Of a stretch of 32,000 bases of DNA, positions 26,745-32,000 are shown piece after piece. The stretch comes from Pirellula staleyi DSM 6068 (GTDB lineage: Bacteria; Planctomycetota; Planctomycetia; Pirellulales; Pirellulaceae): contig CP001848.1 in the NCBI GenBank assembly GCA_000025185.1, positions 5,520,001 through 5,552,000 on the forward strand. The letters run 5' to 3'. Below the pieces are notes generated by a model. That model saw only the letters and a program-made list of their open reading frames with translations, did no database searches and was not told the DNA's origin. The position numbers were made by a program, and so were the translations under genes. Position 1 is the stretch's first letter. Every line of letters starts with the position of its first letter.

Positions 26745-26848
26745 CTCGGTAGAATAGTGGGTTGGCCTGGGGTGGTAAACCGGCCAGTGACACGCGACCA
26801 GCTTCCGGGCTTCGCGTACGACGAACTCAGGCGAGAAGGACCTACGCG

Positions 26849-28924
26849 GTGCCATTCCAACTCGAAAGTCAGTTTCAGCCTGCCGGAGATCAGCCGCAAG
26901 CGATCGAAAAACTGGTGCAGGGAATCCGCGCCAATAAACGGAGCCAGGTGCTGCTCGGCGTCACCGGTTCGGGCAAAACGTTCACCATGGCGAACGTGAT
27001 TCAGCAGGTGCAGAAGCCGACGCTGGTGATCTCGCACAACAAGACGCTGGCAGCGCAGCTGTACTCCGAATTCAAAGAGTTTTTCCCACGCAACGCGGTG
27101 CACTATTTCGTCAGCTACTACGACTACTATCAGCCGGAAGCCTACATTCCGCAGCGCGATATCTATATCGAAAAAGATGCGTCGATCAACCAAGAGATCG
27201 ACCGCTTGCGATTGGCCTCGACCAGTTCGCTGGTAAGCCGGCAAGATGTGATCATCATCGCCAGCGTGTCGTGCATCTACGGTTTAGGATCGCCCAAAGA
27301 TTACAAGGCGATGATGGTGCCGCTGCGTGTGGGCCAAGCGATCGACCGCGATGAAGTGCTGAGCCGACTCGTTGATATTCAGTACGACCGAAACGACATT
27401 GCGTTTGAACGTGGCAAGTTTCGTGTGCGTGGCGATTGTGTCGAGATCTGGCCTTCGTACGAAGAGTATGCGTTTCGCATCGAGCTGTGGGGAGACGATA
27501 TCGAGAAGCTGTCGTTCATCAACCCCATCAGCGGCGAGACATTGGCGACGCAAGATCAGCTGTTCATCTACCCGGCCAAGCACTTTGTCTTGCCAGAAGA
27601 GCGGATTGCGGGAGCTATCGAGACGATTAAGCAGGAACTCGACGAGCGGCTGAACGAACTGCGCGAGCATGGCAAACTGCTCGAAGCGCAGCGGCTGAGT
27701 GCGCGCACGCGGTTTGATATCGAGATGCTGCAGGAAGTGGGACATTGCCCAGGGATTGAGAACTACAGCCGACCGCTAGCGGGGCGTCCCCCGGGAAGCA
27801 CCCCCGACACGCTGTACGACTTTTTTCCCGAAGACTATCTGCTGATCATCGACGAATCGCACGTCACGATTCCGCAAGTGCGAGCGATGTACAACGGCGA
27901 TCGTGCACGCAAGATCACACTCGTTGAGCACGGCTTTCGCTTGCCCAGTGCGCTCGACAATCGGCCGATGAAATTCGAGGAGTGGGAGCAGAAAATCAAG
28001 CAAGTGGTGTATGTCTCGGCGACACCAAACGACTACGAACTGCTGCAGTCGCAAGGCGAAGTGGTGGAGCAAATCATTCGGCCGACAGGGCTGCTCGATC
28101 CGGTGATCGAAGTGGTTTCTGCGCGGGGTCAGGTGCAGCACTTGCTCGAGCAAATTCGCGAGCGGGCAGCGGTCGGAGAACGTGTGCTGGTGACCGCGCT
28201 CACGAAACGTTTGGCAGAAGATTTGTCGGCCTATTTGGTGCAGCAGAAGGTGGCGTGCAAGTGGCTGCATAGCGAGCTCGATGCGTTTGAACGGGTGGAG
28301 CTGCTGCGCGATTTGCGACAAGGGAAGTTCGAAGCGCTGATTGGAGTGAACCTGCTCCGCGAAGGGTTGGACTTGCCCGAAGTTTCGCTCGTGGCGATTT
28401 TGGATGCCGATAAAGAAGGCTTCTTGCGGAGCGAAACATCGCTGATTCAAACGATTGGTCGCGCGGCACGTAACGTGAATGCCAAGGTGATTCTGTATGC
28501 CGACAAGATCACCGAATCGATGCGGCTGGCGATGGAAGAGACCTCGCGCCGGCGCGCGATTCAAGAGGCTTACAACCTCGAGCATGGGATTACGCCCGAG
28601 ACGGTGAAAAAGCATATTCGCGCAGGAATCGAAAGTGCGATGGCCGCGCATCGCGACGCAAACGCCGCTGTCGGACGGGTCGACGAAGAGGAAGTGATCA
28701 CCGAAGAGCTCCTGAGCGAACTCGAAGCGGAAATGCTTGAAGCTGCCGAGAAACTCGAGTTCGAACGGGCCGGTGCGCTGCGCGATCGGATTACACAGCT
28801 GCGCGACGCCAAAGGAAAACGAGTGAGCGAGGTGAAACTCGAAGCCTATCGTCCTGGGGCGAATCGCAAGAAGGGGAAGCGGAGCCAAGGTGGCGCGAAG
28901 GTGCCACGACCCAAGCGAGGCTAG
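26849..28924 (+). CDS. uvrB: Excinuclease ABC subunit B
   Basis: [39 protein letters not shown] (Walker A), DESH box, and the C-terminal UVR motif [15 protein letters not shown]. Start placed at GTG 26849 (aagga lies 8 nt upstream), because UvrB normally starts a few residues before this conserved N-terminus. The track ATG 26762 would add 29 junk residues. Confidence 0.95.
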   Translation: MPFQLESQFQPAGDQPQAIEKLVQGIRANKRSQVLLGVTGSGKTFTMANVIQQVQKPTLVISHNKTLAAQLYSEFKEFFPRNAVHYFVSYYDYYQPEAYIPQRDIYIEKDASINQEIDRLRLASTSSLVSRQDVIIIASVSCIYGLGSPKDYKAMMVPLRVGQAIDRDEVLSRLVDIQYDRNDIAFERGKFRVRGDCVEIWPSYEEYAFRIELWGDDIEKLSFINPISGETLATQDQLFIYPAKHFVLPEERIAGAIETIKQELDERLNELREHGKLLEAQRLSARTRFDIEMLQEVGHCPGIENYSRPLAGRPPGSTPDTLYDFFPEDYLLIIDESHVTIPQVRAMYNGDRARKITLVEHGFRLPSALDNRPMKFEEWEQKIKQVVYVSATPNDYELLQSQGEVVEQIIRPTGLLDPVIEVVSARGQVQHLLEQIRERAAVGERVLVTALTKRLAEDLSAYLVQQKVACKWLHSELDAFERVELLRDLRQGKFEALIGVNLLREGLDLPEVSLVAILDADKEGFLRSETSLIQTIGRAARNVNAKVILYADKITESMRLAMEETSRRRAIQEAYNLEHGITPETVKKHIRAGIESAMAAHRDANAAVGRVDEEEVITEELLSELEAEMLEAAEKLEFERAGALRDRITQLRDAKGKRVSEVKLEAYRPGANRKKGKRSQGGAKVPRPKRG

Positions 28925-28974
28925 TCGGCAAGAACTCAGGTGACAGCTCAAGCAACTCGCCAAGAAAAACAAAA

Positions 28975-29003
28975 CGCCCGGCGCTGGTTCATTGCGCCGG
29001 GCG
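28975..29003. terminator. Bidirectional rho-independent terminator
   Basis: CGCCCGGCGC (28975-28984) pairs with GCGCCGGGCG (28994-29003), 9-nt loop. AAAAACAAAA upstream gives a strong U tract for the minus-strand gene. TGTTCGTTT downstream gives a weaker one for uvrB. Confidence 0.8.
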
Positions 29004-29072
29004 TGTTCGTTTAGCGAGGCTCTGCTTCTGCTCCCGCGAGGCAATCACGAGCGAGCAGATAACTGCGGAAGC

Positions 29073-30302
29073 TTACGAAACAGCAGCGCCATACTTGCCG
29101 GCGATTGCGCGACGATCGGTATCGATCTTCTTGGCCAGCGTGTCGACTTGCGAGGCGGTGGTGCCGCCCATGGAAGCAAGGTATTCGACCCCTTCATCCA
29201 GCACCTTCTTGGCTTCGGCGATGGGGGCGGTGCAGCGTCGTACGGTGTCGAACACAGTCGACCGCCAGTCGCGGACCACGCCGTTCAGCTCGGGGCCAAA
29301 GCCAGGCTTTTTGGTGAGATCGGTGTAGAACTTTTGAATATCGCCAGCCGCATTGCGCGAGCGGTAGCTCTCGGCCAGCATCTCGTCTTCGTAACTGTCG
29401 AGTGCATCGTGCAGTTTGCCGAGGACAGTAATCAACTTGCTGGTATCGGTTTCTTGCGAACCTTTCACCGCTGTCACGCCGCGAGTGGTTTGCGACAACA
29501 GCTGCTTCGCTCTGGTGGCGTAGCCTTTGATCGTTTGATTGGTTTGCTTGTACAAGTCGACCAGATTCTTGGTCTCGCGTTCCAGGGGACCATCCCCTTG
29601 CACGTTACTTTGTGCCTCGACCGCATCGGCCAAAGCTTCCCCCATCAAATCGCAGAGCTGTTCGAGCGCCGTGTTTTTGGTCTCGATCTGTTTGCAGACT
29701 TTCGGCATCTCGATCTTCTTCACATCGAGTCCATCCTTATGGAATGGATCGAGGAACTTGATCAATCCGATGAACGAGCTGCGAGTGGTTGCCTTGTTGC
29801 CGTCGCGCAGTGCGTTGCGGAAGTTCTGCAGATCGATGGCGAGTTTGGGAACATCGATCGTCTTACCATCTCGAATATCTTTGGTGAGGGTGGTCGTCAG
29901 CCGCGAAGCTTGAACGATCGAATCCTCGACTTGCTCGAGAATGGTGTTCATTTTCTCTTCGACCGCTTCTTCAGCCAGCTTGTAGGCAAGCTTGTTCTTT
30001 TGGAGCGCAACCATTTGCGCCGCTTCGGTCACTTCCTTTTGCCAATCCTTCACTTTGCCAGCAGCGCCATGCTTGTCGTCCTTGGCGTTCTTTTTGAGCT
30101 GTCCGGCGGCGTTGTCGAGTGCCTTGTCCAGTTCATTAAGCAGAGCGATCGCTTTCTCGCACTCTTTGTCGGTGTCGAGCGACTTGATGTCGTTGGGCAG
30201 TCCCTTGAGAACTCCCTTGATGGCATCACCGATGCCAGTCTTTTTGACCGACGAAGGACGAATCTTATCCCACTCTTTTTCTGTGAACGAGAACATTGGC
30301 AT
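29073..30302 (-). CDS. Hypothetical all-alpha, Lys/Glu/Asp/Thr-rich cytoplasmic protein (no family recognised)
   Basis: ORF 29073..30350, start at ATG 30302 (gaggtg lies 9 nt upstream; MPMFSFTEKEWDKIRPSSVKKTGIGDAIKG). No signal peptide and no TM helix. Codon usage is consistent with coding. The + strand ORF 28992..30353 is a codon-aligned shadow. Confidence 0.7.
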   Translation of the reverse strand: MPMFSFTEKEWDKIRPSSVKKTGIGDAIKGVLKGLPNDIKSLDTDKECEKAIALLNELDKALDNAAGQLKKNAKDDKHGAAGKVKDWQKEVTEAAQMVALQKNKLAYKLAEEAVEEKMNTILEQVEDSIVQASRLTTTLTKDIRDGKTIDVPKLAIDLQNFRNALRDGNKATTRSSFIGLIKFLDPFHKDGLDVKKIEMPKVCKQIETKNTALEQLCDLMGEALADAVEAQSNVQGDGPLERETKNLVDLYKQTNQTIKGYATRAKQLLSQTTRGVTAVKGSQETDTSKLITVLGKLHDALDSYEDEMLAESYRSRNAAGDIQKFYTDLTKKPGFGPELNGVVRDWRSTVFDTVRRCTAPIAEAKKVLDEGVEYLASMGGTTASQVDTLAKKIDTDRRAIAGKYGAAVS

Positions 30303-30443
30303 GTAACGACACCTCACTTTGGATCTGAAAGGAAACGGCACTGTGGTCATTGAAACGCACCACTAGTTCGCCTGCATCGCCCCATTATTGCCAGCCGCCC
30401 GAAAAAAAATCGATCGCCCTACTGCCGATCGGGGCAAGAAACG

Positions 30444-30490
30444 AAAAAAGCTGCGAGAAGATAGTTCCGAAGAACGTCTTCCCGCAGCTT
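30444..30490 (-). terminator. Rho-independent terminator of the PEAPA lipoprotein gene
   Basis: On the minus strand AAGCUGCGGGAAGA pairs with UCUUCUCGCAGCUU (14 bp including one G-U), 15-nt loop, followed by UUUUUUCGUUUCUU. An extra 9-bp hairpin (30508-30530, CTGAATCAG/CTGATTCAG) lies just after the stop codon. Confidence 0.8.
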
Positions 30491-30536
30491 CTTATGTGTG
30501 CGAGTGGCTGAATCAGCGGGGCTGATTCAGAACCGA

Positions 30537-30866
30537 CTACGAACCTTCAGCAGGAGCTTCGGCGGCTGGTGCTTCAGCAGCAGGAGCTTCTGGAGCTGGG
30601 GCTTCAGGGGCAGGAGCCTCTGGAGCTGGGGCTTCAGGAGCAGGAGCTTCTGGAGCTGGTTCGGTGGCTGGTGCTTCAGCGGCTGGGGTTTCAGCAGGAG
30701 CTTCGGCTGGTGCTTCGGCGGCTGGGGTTTCAGCAGGTGCTTCGGCTGGAGCTTCAGCAGCTGGGGTGTCGGTCGAGGTGGTTGGAGCTGGAGCTGGAGC
30801 TTCGCCGCAACCGAGAGCGAACATGCCAAGGCCGAGGACGGCCACGATCGAGAAGAACTTCTTCAT
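30537..30866 (-). CDS. Small lipoprotein with (E/T)APA / PEAPA low-complexity repeats
   Basis: MKKFFSIVAVLGLGMFALGC signal plus Cys. The remaining roughly 90 aa are almost entirely Ala/Pro/Glu/Thr repeats (AEAPAEAPAETPA x2, PEAPA x5). Confidence 0.75.
   Translation of the reverse strand: MKKFFSIVAVLGLGMFALGCGEAPAPAPTTSTDTPAAEAPAEAPAETPAAEAPAEAPAETPAAEAPATEPAPEAPAPEAPAPEAPAPEAPAPEAPAAEAPAAEAPAEGS
30581..30659. repeat. 30-bp tandem repeat, about 2.6 copies (encodes PEAPA x5)
   Basis: caggagcttctggagctggggcttcagggg / caggagcctctggagctggggcttcaggag (28/30) / caggagcttctggagctgg. Confidence 0.9.
30671..30748. repeat. 39-bp tandem repeat x2 (encodes AEAPAEAPAETPA x2)
   Basis: Units 30671-30709 and 30710-30748 are 37/39 identical. 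Confidence 0.9.
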
Positions 30867-31520
30867 GTCAAAATTTCCTGCAAATTTGGCAGAAACACGT
30901 ATACGGACAGCAGGAACAGCCCTGCATTGTCGTTGGCGTATGAAAGATTGATCCGCCGAGGGGCGGCTCTATTCCCGAAAGATTCAAAAAAAGTGAATTG
31001 CGAGCTAGCCCGCCCCAAAAACAACTCTTTAAGGTGGATTTAGCAATTCTATAGTGTTATCCTACAATCCCAGTAGGTCGAACCGCCGACCGATTGGGAC
31101 GTACGTAGAACGTAGCTCGTGCTGGCAGCAATGCTGGCTAGCGCGCCCGGCGATTTTTCCAATAGTTCTACTTTTCTTGCGAAGTGCTGGAATAACCCGC
31201 AGGCTCCCGGGTTCTTTCCTTGTGGTTGATGGAGCTGTTGAACGTTGCCGATTGTCAGCCTGGCAGAGCGACTCTGACGAGTTTGCGGACCAGATGCATG
31301 TAGCAACTCTTTGGTGTACAACGTTTTGCATGTGCCGGGCGTAGTATTGCTAGCAGGTGCTTGGTCGCGATGCGATCGAGCCCGCAGGCAAGCTACTGAC
31401 CGCTGGGCCCATTCACGACGAAGCCCCCTCCCCTGCTCTGGCTGCTAGATCCGAGGCTCGAGTCCGCAAGCGACTTCGGCGCCGGAAATCGCTAGCGAGG
31501 CAGGTGTGCGATGGAAAGCA

Positions 31521-32000
31521 ATGGCGAACCACTCAACCCCTAGGCCTGAAAACTTCGACTCGCCTGCCGATGCGGCAGCGAGCTTGGAGTCTTTGTCGCG
31601 CGATGCCGCAGGTGTCGCGCAACTGGCCGAGCGTATGTGCCAACTGGTGGAAACGCACCACGCGCCGCTGTATCGATATGCCTATCGACTCACCGGCTGC
31701 GTGGCCGAAGCGGAAGACATCACGCAGCAGACCTTCCTTCTAGCCCAAGAGCGGATTCATCAGCTCCGGGAAGAAGATCGCGCTGCTGCCTGGTTGTTTG
31801 CCGTTTTGCGAAGTTGTTTTCTGAAGAGTGTCCGTCGCAAGCGTCCTCAAGTAGGTGCGGGCGAACTGCTCGAGAAAACAGCCGATCAAGAGAATTCGCG
31901 CTCGATCGATCCCATGGATTGCTCGCTCGTGAATCGCTCGCTCGAGGAACTTCCGGCCGACTATCGCGTCGTGGTGCTGATGTATTACTTCGAAGATTTG
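31521..32000 (+). CDS. ECF-type RNA polymerase sigma-70 family factor; 3' end runs off the window
   Basis: Own translation from ATG 31521: MANHSTPRPENFDSPADAAASLESLSRDAAGVAQLAERMCQLVETHHAPLYRYAYRLTGCVAEAEDITQQTFLLAQERIHQLREEDRAAAWLFAVLRSCFLK...LEELPADYRVVVLMYYFEDL. Region 2 (AEDITQQTF..WL) and the start of region 4 are visible. It is open-ended, so it is not in the ORF track. Confidence 0.85.
   Translation, partial: MANHSTPRPENFDSPADAAASLESLSRDAAGVAQLAERMCQLVETHHAPLYRYAYRLTGCVAEAEDITQQTFLLAQERIHQLREEDRAAAWLFAVLRSCFLKSVRRKRPQVGAGELLEKTADQENSRSIDPMDCSLVNRSLEELPADYRVVVLMYYFEDL

Noticed and set aside
26762-26848. ATG 26762 as the uvrB start (the ORF-track start)
   Set aside because: It adds 29 non-conserved Arg-rich residues and overlaps the KAS III promoter region. 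GTG 26849 with an upstream aagga gives the canonical UvrB N-terminus.
27776-29044. 422-aa minus-strand ORF inside uvrB
   Set aside because: Codon-aligned shadow of uvrB, whose identity is unambiguous.
28992-30353. 453-aa plus-strand ORF covering almost exactly the same span as 29073-30350 (-)
   Set aside because: It is codon-aligned with the minus-strand gene. The translation is Leu/Arg/Gly/Phe-rich shadow. It would also read through the 28975-29003 terminator region. The minus-strand frame has a Shine-Dalgarno-like gaggtg, GC3-biased codons and a coherent helical sequence.
30498-31043. Plus-strand ORFs (181, 124 and 95 aa) across the PEAPA repeats
   Set aside because: They are repeat-driven open frames antisense to the lipoprotein gene. 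Only the minus-strand frame has a signal peptide and a downstream terminator.
31357-31743. 128-aa plus-strand ORF
   Set aside because: It is in a different frame from, and overlaps, the ECF sigma reading frame (31521 onward) that carries recognisable region 2 and region 4 motifs. Its own translation is Arg/Ala-rich junk.

Overview
High-GC window (about 58-62 % in most lines I counted) of ordinary chromosomal sequence. The gene content suggests Planctomycetota, Pirellulales-like: a Tat-signal xylose-isomerase-like TIM barrel, a tandem-DUF1080 lipoprotein, many signal-peptide hypotheticals and an ECF sigma factor. The taxonomic call is inference only. I support 27 CDS. Two are open-ended and absent from the ORF track: cvpA at 1-539 (-) and an ECF sigma at 31521-32000 (+). 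Confident housekeeping calls are dtd, uvrB, a class I/II aminotransferase, a histidine phosphatase, a YdjM-like hydrolase and an alpha/beta hydrolase. No tRNA, rRNA, CRISPR array, transposase or integrase was seen. The best candidate for a system is a co-directional FAS-II-like operon at 19290-25273 (KAS I/II, ACP, two CrtI/amine-oxidase-family flavoproteins, FabZ, FabI) with a convergent KAS III at 25665-26744. It lacks FabG and FabD, which suggests a dedicated modified-lipid pathway. The 391-bp gap between FabI and KAS III holds a highly structured repeat element: an exact 25-nt direct repeat at 200-nt spacing, a 25-nt inverted copy, and three CACTG..CAGTG hairpins. Other points of interest: a secreted-protein trio with two paralogues (5137-8776); an accessory-looking stretch with a low-GC orphan, an SPFH fusion protein and a membrane-anchored RNase Sa/barnase-barstar pair (15.7-19.1 kb); a lower-GC all-helical orphan next to a PEAPA-repeat lipoprotein (29.1-30.9 kb). 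The many long antisense ORFs are codon-aligned shadows of real genes. All family assignments come from motif recognition by eye. No HMM or BLAST search was run.
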